Under the pieces are notes generated by a model. It saw only the letters and a program-made list of their open reading frames with translations. It was not told the origin of the DNA and searched no databases. Source: Bugula neritina (lineage: Eukaryota > Animalia > Bryozoa). Taken from it: 64,000 nt of DNA. Positions 1 through 21,900 of this stretch are shown here, in pieces. How positions within the stretch are numbered: position 1 is the first letter of the stretch; each line of letters begins with the position of its first letter. The stretch lies in the NCBI GenBank assembly GCA_964035545.1, contig OZ037771.1:8611408-8675407 (forward strand), in the 5' to 3' direction. Both the position numbers and the translations under genes were made by a program.

Positions 1-140
1 TAGAAAGCCGGTAATTATAATTGCTCCTATAACTGAGTAAAAACCATCAAACCCGAATAATTGAGGGCACAGAGCTTCTTAAGACACTTGAGATCCCTTG
101 CAAGCAGGGGTTCTCACAGGGGTAGAGACTTTAAAAGCAA
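1..140 (+). mobile_element. 3' part of a SINE related to the copies at 25903 and 61780
   Basis: Shares ATAATTGCTCCT and a GGxTTCTCACAxGG..GACTxTAAA tail with the 25903 copy and ends in an A-rich stretch. The head lies outside the window. Confidence 0.5.
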
Positions 141-301
141 AACAAATTTTATAAACCTAGAACACAGGACACACATGTATAGAACAAAATAATATAACTA
201 ACATCATATAGAGCTTATAAGGCAAGTTTTGAGATGTTATTTTGCATAACAATGCAAGCTATTGACCTACAGAAAAAGTGAATGAGTCACATAATCCTTA
301 C

Positions 302-1199
302 CTTGATTGGCATTCCCGTGCAGTGAAATCCAAAAGGAAACAAACACTTCTTTCCTTGCAGTCGTTGGTAACCAGCAGCAAACTATAAAATTTAACCATA
401 TATTTAGAAGTGCTAAACATTAAACAATTGTTTATGATAAATGTTTAGGGCTCTAGGCTGACGAGAAATTCCCTATCCAGTAATAACTAGAAGAACTAAT
501 GAGAGTGATAGACTGAAGACATTGCTAATGATCCAGTAGTTAGACAACTAGCACAGTAAACTGCTGCTAATGCATGATCTTTTGAACAAGTGTAGTTGAG
601 GAAAGGCATGACAGGTAAGTTTTGAATGCAGGACTTTTCGAGTGAAAGTTTGATATTTTAGGACTCACACAATGAGCTTGACTTGATAAAAGTTATAATT
701 ACCTCACATTTGGATAAGGAAAAAGTGTGTCCCAAGTGCAGTCGACCATTCATATAAGGATACGGGAAAGTACACAAAAACTTCTCGCTTCTAGAATATA
801 CAATCAATTGTTAAAATTAACATGCAAACATACCAGACGCCATTCTAAGTAATTGTGTTTTGAACCCATTAACTTGATTGCATCAAGATTAGGCCTACAT
901 AGGGAGGGGTAAACTTCCATGTAGTGGGCTAAACCTTTACTGATGATTAGTGGAGCAAATATTATTCCCATTGCTATCATAACAACATGTTTCAGCAATC
1001 CTAAGAAACACATATCAAACAAGACACTATATGTTGTTACAGGCTTGTGTACATTAACTGATATTGATATAGTATGATAGTCATACTTTTCATTTGATGC
1101 ATCAACTTCAAACGTTTTTTCCCGTTCCCATTTTGCTTGAATGTCTCTTTCAATAACTCTCAACTCATCCAGCTTAGCTGTACCTTTCCTTGCCGCCAT
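302..1199 (-). CDS. LARS1: Cytosolic leucyl-tRNA synthetase, first three coding exons (1199-1087, 790-703, 382-302); gene continues beyond the left edge
   Basis: Spliced translation [27 protein letters not shown]...[54 protein letters not shown] contains the class I HIGH-type motif (HLGH) and the Leu[11 protein letters not shown] motif. GT-AG sites and intron phases are consistent. Confidence 0.96.
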
Positions 1200-1949
1200 A
1201 TTTTAGCTAAAACAGGCACTACAAACTGGGAAAATTAAATGATTTAATTTATTCAATATAAATTAGCGTCCTATGAAATGAATTGAAAGGGACATGTAGG
1301 GGCCGCTTTTGGGAATCAAACAAAATTTAAGGCTCTCTCTATAACAATCTGATATTAAACATGTAGGAACAATTTATGCAACTGCTATTTGCAGTAACAA
1401 GCAATATTAAGACTCTTCACAAAAAGAAGCATCTAAAATGTGTGTATTTGCAAAACTACTGATACATACACTACACCAGCTATTGAATAAAACCTATGAG
1501 TGATTAGAGCACTGGTGTATTGGTACCCCCATAACCCAATTTGATCAATATTTAAATAAACATTACAAGTATTGGTTTGATCAAATACATGGAACTCAAA
1601 TCAAATTGATTTGAGTCAAGTTAAGCCACCATTATTGATTGACTTAGCCTGAACCATATCACTTTTTGACTTGGTTGGCTATTGACTGGACCCACAGTAA
1701 GTTCAGCACATATTTTGTCTCTTACCTTATTTGTGTAACTAAACTTATAATAAATTGAAGTTAAATTACATGAATTAGTATAGTAGCTTTGAAACATATA
1801 TTATAAAATGCTTCTAGTAAATCTTTTTAATATAATTGTATTACTATACCATAGTGAGTGATTATAGATTAGCGAATTGCCAACTAAATTTATAACCATT
1901 AATTAATAAATTTAATGTTCCGATTTAGAATTATAAATTATGTAAAATA

Positions 1950-3400
1950 GTATTATAGATATTACATAAAAATGTACAACCGTTGAACTGATACTGTTGT
2001 CTGTTAGTGTTAGTTATTAGTGACTGTGAGTAAATGTAATACTGTTAATATAAGTATTACATTTACTATAACTAAATTAGCATTACTATAGTCTACAATC
2101 TAGATCCATTAGCATTCCTACTAGTCTTAGCATTGCTTCTAGTGTTACTATTGACATTGCTATTGCTATCCCAATCTGAATCGGTATTCCTCATTCGATA
2201 TTATTACATATACTAAATTGGGTTGATGTCGTTTCGTACACTGGTTGTTTTGTACACTGATCAATTTGTACACTGGTCATTTCGTACACAAACTGCTGTA
2301 CATAAAATGAATTTAATGAATTAACCTCGAATCCCAAATAATAAATAAATACCAAAACATGTATTAGTTCATTTATATTGATGTGTACGAATGACCTGAA
2401 AAAGTGGGTCCGAAATGACTTGTGTACAAAATGACCTGCACCCTGCTAAATTAGTATTACTATAAAATGATAAATGTTAATACTGCTATTACTATTGTTA
2501 TGAGCATTACAGTACCACTACTAGTACTATTAATATTACTAAAATTATGTCTATTACTAAATTAGTATAATTAGTACTACTATGACTAGTGCTACTAGCC
2601 CATAGGCCCTATGAGTAGGTCAATTGACAGTGTAATTAAATTAAACTTGAATTTAAAGTTCAACTTCAAGTTTAAATTAAACTTAATGTTGAAATTAAAG
2701 TTAAACTTAATGGACAAAACATTTACTTTTAGTTTTAGTCTTACTTTTAGGCAAGATTCAGTATGAGTATGCTATTTTCAGTTTTTGATTTTTAAATAAA
2801 TTATTTTCAAGTTAATATTTATAATTCATATTGTTATTTGCTATCATTATTCATTTATATTACTTCACTTATTTGCAATAGTAATGAAATCATAAATAAT
2901 TATAATATTATTAAATAATAATACTTATACTTATAGTTATACTAAGTCCAAAGTAATAATATTATTACAATTATTAACAATATTTACACTTATAGTATAA
3001 GTATTAGTAATACAACATGAGGCAGATTTTTCTTAGAGTTAGTGAGTTAATCCCTAGTCTTATTCTGATTCACATTGAAAATTGAATAAGTCACTTAATT
3101 ATTAATAAGTGTTCTACTTCTTATTTTTCAATTTCATATTCCTATGGCTATGGCTATGCCTATTGCATTTGATATTCATTTTGATTTACTTTTAGCTTCC
3201 CTTATACTAAACTTAGAGTCATTCATTCAGATTTCAGTTTTACAAACACGACTGACTGAATCAGAATGAGTGATGAACATTATGATTATGATTATCATCA
3301 TGATCATGATCATCCTCTGATCATCATGATGATAAATCATTATAATTTATTATTATATTTATTGTCTATTGATTATCATTAGCATTATGATAGTGATACG
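1950..3400. repeat. Cryptic period-3/6 A/T repeat field in the inferred LARS1 5' intron
   Basis: Contains runs of (NAANTT)n at 2643-2710, (NTA)n, (NAT)n at 3280-3340, (CTATGG)n and (TTTAST)n. Confidence 0.7.
2220..2443. mobile_element. MITE with internal GTCATTTCGTACAC sub-repeats and a 9-bp TSD (Mutator-like)
   Basis: Termini GGGTTGATGTC... and ...GACCTGCACCC are imperfect inverted repeats. Flanks TACTAAATT (2211-2219) and TGCTAAATT (2444-2452) match at 8/9. Confidence 0.75.
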
Positions 3401-3549
3401 GCTCTTAACAGTTACAGCAAGCTTGTCCACTGTGTAGGGCAAAGCGTTACTGTAAGTTACAGTGCTGCAGCTGCTATAAATTAAAACTTCTATAACTGTA
3501 ACAACAGTGAAAGATACAGAGCTTTACGACAAATCCACATGATGAAATG

Positions 3550-4200
3550 TGGCTGAAGTTGATAAAGGTGAAGGATTTTCCTATACATCATGGTTAGTTC
3601 TATATGCAGTAATCTGGCTCGACATCTAGTTTGACGGATATTGTCTGATTGGCTGTTTGGCGCACGTGTTATTGTTGATGTCTGAGATAGTCACTGTGCG
3701 CTCCAACTCGGAGTACACAATTACAATATAATATATCGCTGCATACGCTTAAAGTGGCCATCATTGCAGCCATACTTAGTTCTATTTCAGATTTCAAAGT
3801 TGTTTATTGCTTTAAGAGCATCATCAATTAAGTTATAGCAAGATGTTGTAGAGGTTGTAAAAACTTTATTATTATGATGATTGATTTTGAGAGCACGTGT
3901 ACGCCATGACAGTCAAGAGCATTAAAATAATCTCGTGCGTGTAAGTCAATCAGAGACGCTACCTAATCAGCCAATCAGAAAATGTCCAGCAACTGAATGT
4001 CGAGCCAGATTACTGCATATAGAAACTTCCGTACACATCTCTTTTAAATTAGAAATACATTTATTTGAAGCACGCAAATGAGATCAATTATTGTTAGAAA
4101 TAGCAACGAGTTAGGAGTGACTAGGCGTGGAGTTCGCATAGACATCGTTCTCTAAACTCAAAAACCTTTAGCCGCAGCACTCAGTGATTACCAACTTGAT
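3550..4200. promoter_or_regulatory. Inferred bidirectional promoter for LARS1 (minus) and ERCC6 (plus)
   Basis: The genes are head-to-head. This is a relatively CpG-containing island between two A/T repeat fields, with inverted CCAAT boxes (~3648, ~3971), CACGTG E-boxes (~3663, ~3894) and a GGCGTGG GC-box (~4124). TSS positions are inferred, not observed. Confidence 0.55.
3598..4024. mobile_element. Inverted-repeat element (MITE-like, about 60-bp TIRs) between the LARS1 and ERCC6 5' ends
   Basis: TTCTATATGCAGTAATCTGGCTCGACAT (3598-3625) is perfectly inverted at 3997-4024 and extends imperfectly through TCTGATTGGCTG / CAGCCAATCAGA. Confidence 0.8.
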
Positions 4201-4549
4201 GCTTCTTCAAGCGATTTCCGATACAATGTCAATCTTAGAACAAGTTCTTAAGATCCCATCAGTGAGATTATTCATTGTACACCCGAGCTCAATCAAGTTT
4301 CCAACTTTCTCTTGGTTATGTAACTCAACAGTCGCGTTCTTTCGGCCTCACAATAGTCAATGCTCATTGCAATTGCTGAATCAACAAAAAGTGAGATCAG
4401 TGGAAGTAAACAAGCACTTGGTTATTTAGAAACATTTCCATAGCAAAAATTTTCAATACAACATGAATAATTATTAACATAGCAAGTGAGAGCATATCCA
4501 TGTTGAGATTGATATCTTAGTTCAATTTAATAATTTTAATTGAGTAGCC

Positions 4550-5460
4550 GAGTTATATTTTATCATTATGATTATCATTATGTTTTAGTTTAGAATTACT
4601 ATTAGATTTAGTATTACAGTTACTATTAGTATTACTAATAGTAATACTAATAGTAACTGTATTAGTATTAGTCCGATTACTATTAGTATTACTATTTGTA
4701 TAACATTAGTGTAAGTATTATACTTACACTTACAGTTAGTGTTACAGTATGAGTATTAAGATTACTATTACTATTAGTATTAGTATTACATTTAGTGATT
4801 TACTATTACTATTAGTATTAGTGTTAATATTACTTTATTAGTATTACTATTAGGGTATTACTATTACTTATTAGTATTAGACTATTAGTATTACTATTAG
4901 TGATCATAAAGCTGTGTTGGTCCATTATGCTTATACTTATACTCAACCTTATACTTATAGTTATACTTATACTTATAGTAATCAGTATTGTGTTTAATTT
5001 TATTTTCAATCACATTTTGATTTACTTTTAGTTTTACAGATTGCTTACTACAAAGTATAAATACTATGAGTAAGAGTAATACTAGAATAGTAATACTAGG
5101 AGTACTAGTAATATGATAGCAATAGTAATAGTAATAGTCACTATTAGTATTAGTATTAGACTTAGTAATACTAATGGTAATTGCATTTAGTTTTAATATT
5201 ACGATTAGTATTAGTAGTAGTAGTAGTGGCAGTAGTAGTAGGCCTAGTAGTAGTGCTACTACTCTTAAAGTATTATATATGTGATTATTTAAATTAGTGT
5301 TTACCCTCTCAGTCTGACTCTCGCACTCTGATAAGTGATACTAATAGTCTAAAAGTTAGTTACACTTGCTGGTGCGATAGTAATACTTATACTTATAGTT
5401 ATGCTCATGTTTATAATTAAATAATGGTATCGATAACCAATTCAATAATAATAATGTGAG
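4550..5460. repeat. Cryptic period-3/6 A/T repeat field in the inferred ERCC6 5' intron
   Basis: Contains (STATTA)n, (STTATA)n at 4930-4980, (TAGTAA)n and (TAG)n with an embedded TAGGCCTA. Confidence 0.7.
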
Positions 5461-6143
5461 TAATTAGCTTTTTTGAATCAATTGTTCAACTGTAACTACT
5501 AAATGATCTTGTAGATATTTTAATAATGATTATTGTAAGTATTGCTGACAATTTTAGGATATAAGTAAGCATTACCATGGTCTATCACTATGGAATCTTA
5601 GTAAGAGTCTATGATTACAAGTGCATCGTCTGGCTCTGTCACCATTTTCTGTACTTGCTTTTAGTTACTCTAGTAATGTGGTTTTATCATCTGAAACGAA
5701 TGCCAACTTTTTAAATTCATGTCACTGGCAACTACTGATGAGAGAACATTAATTAGTTGTAGTAATGGAGAACCTGGATAGACTATGTTTTTACAAGAAT
5801 ATTAGGACATGGTCTTGTATGAGACCTTACTTTCTGAAATTCTCTTCTAAAATACTGATATTTGCCGCATGTGTTAAATCAAAATGTGCTTGTGATTAAG
5901 TTTTTTTAATGCAATTGAAACTATGCTAAGTACAGGCAAACATAAAACTCTAATAAAAATATTTAATGTTATAAATCTCTAATATGAAATCTTCTTGATT
6001 GATTAATTTCATATGTTTTTAGTTATGCTGCTTTTTTGTTAACTTGGATTATGATGAATAAAGTGCATTTTTATTTGTAGCAAATTGTATTTTTATCTCA
6101 GAAGCATTATTTGTTTATACAACTAAAAAGTTATATCTTCTAG

Positions 6144-14094
<7,951 letters not shown>

Positions 14095-15940
14095 CAGCAG
14101 CCTCATTAACTTGTACATAGTTTTGTATACTTTCCTGTTGTAATCCCTGCATTTTCTTGGCTGCTAGATACTATCTTTTTCTACGTTACTACATTAATAT
14201 GTATTTTTGATACTTCAAAAGTAGTTTTCATCTCAAATTATGTTTTTAAATTTTACGTTCAATTACCTAAGCACTTTACTTGCTAAATATATCACACCAA
14301 TTTGTTGTAGAAGTCATATTTCATTGACTGTGTGGACTCTATAGTAATTGACTATTTCTAAATTTCTCGAGAATCTCAGTTGCGTTCCAATAAAGCAAAA
14401 ATGTTACAATTTGGTTACAATTTAGGTTCTATATAAGAGTTTACCATACAAATTTATGCCATCAGTAAATTGTTCATGCGTCAGTGAAAATTATCAACTG
14501 TTAGCTGGCCAGTGATCATTATTTACTTAGGTTTTGCAACAGGTTGCCATTCAATGTTTCAATTCTAGTGATTTGCTTTTTTAAACATCGCTTATACAAT
14601 TTTTGGTGCTGTATTTACTACTCAAGAATTATATTTCCATTTACCAAGTTTCAATGCATATTAAAATGTGTTCCAATGGTTTACAAAACTCGTATGTATC
14701 AACTGAAAATGATGCTTTGATTATTTGCATGTGCATATTAATATTTCCATAGATAAGACCAAGCCAACCAATATTAGCAGCAACCTTACATAAGTTAAAA
14801 GATATTTGTAATGAAGTTGGAAAGAGCCACATATTTAGCACAATTGATTCAAACTGGCTTGTGGCCCAAATACCAATGCTGCTCCTTAAAAAGATTGTAT
14901 TTTGTATCTTTGTGGCAGATATATCCACTAAAATAACTACTTGGTCAAACCTTTATAGGCAACATAACCAAATGCAATATTTGCAAGGCTCACTTTACTA
15001 GTTTTTGTTGGTAGTTGTTGAGACTGACTAGAGATATTTAAGATGATAATTTTAATTTTGCAAGATGAGAGTAATAAATTTAACAAATGACCTTTTCTAA
15101 TTCCGCAAAAGTAGTGTTGAAATAACCTGCCACCTTACCCCAGATATGGAATCACATGAGACCATGTAGCCCAAGTCTACATTTCAGACTAGATTAATTA
15201 GGGGGAGGATACAATCGACTTTATGATTTATGTGACCTACAAACATTTTACTAATATAGAATAATTCTGTATAAACAGAAATAAGTCAACATGATAACTG
15301 TATTACAGTCCATTAGATCAAACTGTTTGGGTAGAGCAGAATTTATATTAACATAATACCAAGACTCTTATAATGTAGACTAAAGAATGAAGAAAAAAAT
15401 CATTGATTAAACAAATAATTTCTATAATACATAATTAATGTTTTCGCACAAATGTTGATAAATATTTCAGAGAAAGTGTTTTATGAGGTGGTAGTTAGTC
15501 AATACTTTGTGCTCCGTCAGCCATCCCACTCCAAACTGCTTTGAGTATGATACACTGAGGTCTAAAACTATCGATAGAGTAAAGTTACTGGATGAAGACA
15601 AAACATAATTCATGGCCCTGAAAAAAGCCATGAGCAATAATTAGTGGTAGAAAAAGTTCCAAAAAGAGAAGACTAATCTTAATTGAAAACGAAGTACCTG
15701 ATGGCTCATCAGTGGATTGGGATGTGAACAAATTGCCATGCTGACAACAGCACAGAGATATGTTTCATAGAGAAGTATGCCATGGATGCCAAGATATAGT
15801 CACAGATAATTGTCAGTATTCAGACAAATCATCTTAAAAAATACCAGCTCAAAAAGCAGTGAATGAAAACAACTAGTAGCACATATATTTTAAGAGGAGC
15901 TTACCTGGCGGGATTGGATTGCACGGTTGAAGTCAGTAAA

Positions 15941-18900
15941 CTAAGATAAGTGAAAGCTAAGCTGGCCTATAGAAGCAGCTGTATCAAGTTTAGACCTCAT
16001 AATGTCAACACTGGAATAGTCTGGTAGCTTGAGATAGTTGACGCACGTCATAACTGACGGCAGAAAGTCATCCGGATTCTCAGAGGCGCTGAAAGCTTTT
16101 CGAACAATGGTGAGTTGAGGATTCAGTGAGCGGAAACCTGCAATAATAGCGGCAGTTAGACTTGTAAGATACAAGTAACACAAGTAACACAGTATATAGT
16201 AAGATAGTAGTAACATAGTGTATAGTAAGGTAGTAGTAACATAGTGTATAGTAAGATAGTAGTAACATAGTATATATAAGATAGTAGTAACATAGTATAT
16301 AGTAAGATAGTAGTAACATAGTATATAGTAAGATAGTAGTAACATAGTATATAGTAAGATAGTAGTAACATAGTATATAGTAAGATAGTAGTAACATAGT
16401 ATATAGTAAGATAGTAGTAACATAGTGTATAGTAAGATAGTAGTAACATAGTATATAGTAAGGTAGTAGTAACATAGTATACAGTAAGATAGTAGTAACA
16501 TAGTATATATAAGATAGTAGTAACATAGTATATAGTAAGATAGTAGTAACATAGTGTATAGTAAGGTAGTAGTAACATAGTATATAGTAAGATAGTAGTA
16601 ACATAGTGTATAGTAAGATAGTAGTAACATAGTATATAGTAAGATAGTAGTAACATAGTATATAGTAAGGTAGTAGTAACATAGTGTATAGTAAGATAGT
16701 AGTAACATAGTGTATAGTAAGGTAGTAGTAACATAGTATATAGTAAGATAGTAGTAACATAGTATATAGTAAGATAGTAGTAACATAGTATATAGCAAGA
16801 TAGTAGTAACATAGTATATAGTAAGGTAGTAGTAACATAGTATACAGTAAGATAGTAGTAACATAGTATATAGTAAGATAGTAGTAACATAGTATATAGT
16901 AAGGTAGTAGTAACATAGTGTATAGTAAGATAGTAGTAACATAGTATATAGTAAGGTAGTAGTAACATAGTGTATAGTAAGATAGTAGTAACATAGTATA
17001 TAGTAAGATAGTAGTAACATAGTATATAGTAAGATAGTAGTAACATAGTATATAGTAAGATAGTAGTAACATAGTGTATAGTAAGATAGTAGTAACATAG
17101 TGTATAGTAAGATAGTAGTAACATAGTATATAGTAAGATAGTAGTAACATAGTATATAGTAAGATAGTAGTAACATAGTATATAGTAAGATAGTAGTAAC
17201 ATAGTATATAGTAAGATAGTAGTAACATAGTATATAGTAAGATAGTAGTAACATAGTATATAGCAAGATAGTAGTAACATAGTATATAGTAAGGTAGTAG
17301 TAACATAGTATACAGTAAGATAGTAGTAACATAGTATATAGTAAGGTAGTAGAATCATAGTATATAGTAAGATAGTAGTAACATAGTATATAGTAAAGTA
17401 GTAGTAACATAGTATATAGTAAGATAGTAGTAACATAGTATATAGTAAGATAGTAGTAACATAGTGTATAGTAAGATAGTAGTAACATAGTATATAGTAA
17501 GATAGTAGTAACATAGTATATAGTAAGATAGTAGTAACATAGTATATAGTAAGGTAGTAGTAACATAGTGTATAGTAAGATAGTAGTAACATAGTATATA
17601 GTAAGATAGTAGTAACATAGTATACAGTAAGGTAGTAGTAACATAGTGTATAGTAAGATAGTAGTAACATAGTGTATAGTAAGATAGTAGTAACATAGTA
17701 TATAGTAAGGTAGTAGTAACATAGTGTATAGTAAGGTAGTAGTAACATAGTGTATAGTAAGATAGTAGTAACATAGTATATAGTAAGGTAGTAGTAACTA
17801 GTAACACAGTGTATAGTAGTAACATAGTATATAGTAAGATAGTAGTAACATAGTATATAGTAAGATAGTAGTAACATAGTGTATAGTAAGATAGTAGTAA
17901 CATAGTGTATAGTAAGATAGTAGTAACATAGTGTATAGTAAGATAGTAGTAACATAGTATATAGTAAGGTAGTAGTAACATAGTGTATAGTAAGATAGTA
18001 GTAACATAGTATATAGTAAGATAGTAGTAACATAGTGTATAGTAAGGTAGTAGTAACATAGTATATAGTAAGATAGTAGTAACATAGTATATAGTGAGAT
18101 AGTAGTAACTAGTAACATAGCTGGGCTAAAGGTCAAGGTCGACCAGAAGATACCTCCAACAGGGAGACGGGGTGAGCCGGTGACGAAGGACAGGAACTTC
18201 CTCTGCTGTTCTGTATCGTAGGATGAGAGAATTTCAAACAGGTGTTGTAGAGCTTTAGAATCCATAGTATAGCCATGGTCAGCCCGGCAGCAGTCAAATA
18301 GTTCCTACGTATTAACACACGATTTTAGGTAAAAATGGCACAGGTAATAATGGCACAAATGAAAAAGTAGGTAAAAATGGCACACAGATGTCAAATTTTT
18401 CTAAGCCCTAAACTCAAACCCCCATCCCCACCCCAAACCCTAATATTGAACATGTGCCATTATTATCATTTTTCTATTTGTGCTATTTTTACCGGACACC
18501 GTCAACACACATCAGTTATTAAACCTGCAACCAATCTTATCACATCTAGCATTTCATAATAGGAAGCCGAATAATAAAAACACCAGAAAATTACTTACCT
18601 GAGGAGAGTAAAAGGTTTATATCATTAGAAACATTATAACACAGCATCACACAAGATATGGGAGGAGCAATCACCGTCCACCATGATTATATTCGCACAG
18701 AGAATTCCTACTGAAACCCACCTTAGTATCCCACTTGGTGGACTTGTTGCCACAGAACAGCTGCTCCATCTCGTCAGAGGTGAAGAGGTTAGACAGGTGG
18801 GAGGAAGGGAAGATGGCGTCAAACCCTTCTTTTAATGCCTCCATTTGCCGGTAGATTCCTTCATGGAATATCCAGTGACAGAGCAGCTACAATCACAGAC

Positions 18901-21900
18901 ACCAATTACAGGCAACGTAAGTTCCAATACAGTAGCAATTTATACAAGGATAATAGCAAAGCTAGTGATACATATGATATTATATATAATATTATATGTA
19001 TGCATATAGCATCTATGCTTACAATTAGTAATATATATAATATTATATGTACGTATATAACATATATGCATACATACAACTAGTAATATATATCAACATA
19101 TACAGCTACCAACCTGGAGATACTCATCTATGTTCTCAGCATTGACAGATTCATTGCCGCCGCCCTTTTTAAGCCTGATATTGCTGTAACCTGGCAAAGT
19201 GAAATCGAGACAAAGATCTTCAACTCCAACCTCTAGCAAGGCTTTTTCCTTCTCCTCTGCCTTCTTCAATAATAAAGACACCCTATACAGTGCTATAGAA
19301 GAAGATCGATACTGGGCAAACATACTGTATTTTTAGTCCGTAGAGAAATGCTGCACTTATACTATAAGCTACGACAGCAAAGAGAGGTAAACTCAGCTTC
19401 TATTTTCAGACCACACAAGTTTGAGAATATATTTTAGTTGCAACAGTTCCGGTCACTAAATCTCCACAGTAAAAACAATCATCACACAGCCAACACTTAC
19501 TAAGTTAGTATCAGATTGTATTGTCTTGACTTTAGCGGACATTTCTTGAAGGTGGGAGTAGGAAGCAGCTATTGAAGGGTCGTAAAATGACAGATCTGAA
19601 GGAGTAAGGACGGCCTGTTGACCCAGAAGCCAACTGTAGATAATAGGGTTCATGGGAAGGTCAAGGATACGCGAGTCCATCAATGCCTTCGCTAAAAGCT
19701 TGCCAATAAATCTAAACTTGGCCTTGATTTTACTGACGGTGGCTAGCTTAGCGCTCCTACCCAGTGGCTTAGGGTAGAGACCATACTTACAGTCTACGTA
19801 CTCGGTAGAATCTACAATGAGAACTAGAAATGTGTACATAGGCATAAGCACAGTGTAAGAAAAGAGATCATGGAGGAAATACAAGAGCATAACCTAAACA
19901 TAGCAGAGTGTGTTCATACTCAAGAAGATGAGTCTACCAAAACTACCAACAGCGAAACAATCGGTACTGAAGTGTCAAGTAGGATGGAACTAGCTGATGG
20001 CCCGAGTTTTACCTGCTTGAGATTCAGAGTTCCTTGGACTATGCCAAATATCCAGATCTGTTGCCTGCAGTTCTTTAGACACAAGAGAGTAGAATTCCAG
20101 GGTGGGTCCCAAACCTGTCCCCACCTCGCTCTCATACTGGAACTCTGAAGTTAGAATACATTCATGTGGTAGACAGGCAGCACACGACACACACACACAC
20201 ACACCACGGGAGACTCACAGCTCTAAATTAAAATCTCCTCAGCCAGCTCTGATTGCGGCCAAAACTTGTTACTTGGCTTTATTCAGCTGCTGCTAATACT
20301 TGAACTGCTTCTAGTTATAACTTACTTAGAGCACTTGAACTATTTCTAGCTATAATTTACTTGAATGACTGCAAGTATATGAAACGTTTACCAAGAAGTG
20401 ACTTAGATTTTCCCACATCTTCAAATATATGCTCTGCCTGCTTGATGATGTTTTCCCTCGAGACAACTTTTTTCCGTTTCTCAAGGCGAGGTGGACCGAC
20501 ACGCCCACTAGTATCCATGTCACTGACATCCACATTAGCTTCCTGTGAAACAACTAGAGCTCAGTAGAAGACATCACTGGTATGATTTCAATCAACATAT
20601 TATCTTCAGCTTTATAGTGAGTAATTATTCTAGTAAATCAACTGTTTATCATATATTATAATGCATACATCATATATTATTATAGTGTATACATTATATA
20701 TCACAGTAGTGTACATACAAGGCATTCAAGCACTTTATATTGCCACTTGCAACAAGATATTTGAATGCACAGGACTGAGAAAATCATGACACATGCCATG
20801 TAACATGTGACACATGCCATGTGACACATGCCACCTGTCATATGTAACAGGAGAAAGTTATAGTGTACCTGAAGTCTCATCATTGCTCGATCTCTATCAA
20901 AAGTGTTGACATAGAATAGGAGATGTCTTGTTTCAAATGGAAAGAGGAAAGGGCAGCTACCAGCCAACTGCAACAAAATGAACCAAACGTTGTAGAGGAT
21001 TGGATAAGATATGTCTTTAATGTAATAATACACTACAACTCCAAGCCTAGCATTACACAAATTAATTTTCATTCAGTATTTGGAAACAGCTGCATCGAAT
21101 AAAAACAAAACCATAATTTTATGCTAACCGCAACCACAAACCCATTCGTAAGGGCATCCATTTGCATAATGGGAAGCAATGGAAACTCGGTGATAGAAGA
21201 TACTAGAGATAACAGTTTAACCATTGCCTACAGATCACATCTTCACATATTTACATAAGAGAAAATTTACTGTCTGTGAGAGTGAGTGCATACCTGTGGT
21301 AACCACTGAGGAATATTTCCTGTCATGATGACCAGAGGATCCTGGAGTTGTCGGTTCGCTTTAGCTGTTAACTTAGAGCTAATGAAAGTGCTCTCAGCTA
21401 CGGGCGGCTGGTAGGACAGCACCTTAATGATAACAATCAGAGATGGCTGTAGGTTTCAACACAGAAGAACAACGTAAACTATGACAAAACACTTTGGACG
21501 AGAGGCTATGCTGCTACCAAACTTCACATTATAGTTATCATACTTTAATGAAAATCTACAGCACATACTATGATAACTTCCACTGAACTACTATTGTGCT
21601 ACAATAACTTATGAAACGAAACTTATGTTAGTAACCTAGGTTACTAAATAAAACCAGTCACCAGTGCAGGTTGAGATAAAGCGGATTATTTCAGTTAGAG
21701 ATATTGACTAGACTTGGAGAAAGTTTGCGGAGACGCGCAAGGCTGGTCGATATACCTGATAGAGGGAACCCCAGTACTTGTTGATATAGTAGAGTATCCT
21801 AATGAGGGAGACACTCTGCATACAGGAGTCCTGCACGGATATCCTGCCAGCCATAGTCTGAGACAGACTCGTGATGAGAGGGCAAGTTCTTGGACTAACA

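Noticed and set aside
1594-1616. Perfect 11-bp hairpin ACTCAAATCAA-A-TTGATTTGAGT
   Set aside because: It is isolated, short and AT-rich, so no function can be supported.
4184-4429. 81-aa ORF, or a hammerhead-like GAGGCCGAAAG on the minus strand
   Set aside because: There is no similarity to the CSB N-terminus and no complete CUGAUGA/GAAA core with supporting stems. It is more likely 5'UTR.
14641-14928. 95-aa ORF between ERCC6 and TRIP12
   Set aside because: It has no recognisable motif or splice context and is likely UTR or intergenic.
15941-18265. Very long minus-strand ORFs (593, 408, 625, 234 aa) of YYILCYYY type
   Set aside because: They are the translation of a nearly stop-free 26-bp minisatellite in all frames. 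Only the HECT exon portions at either end are real.
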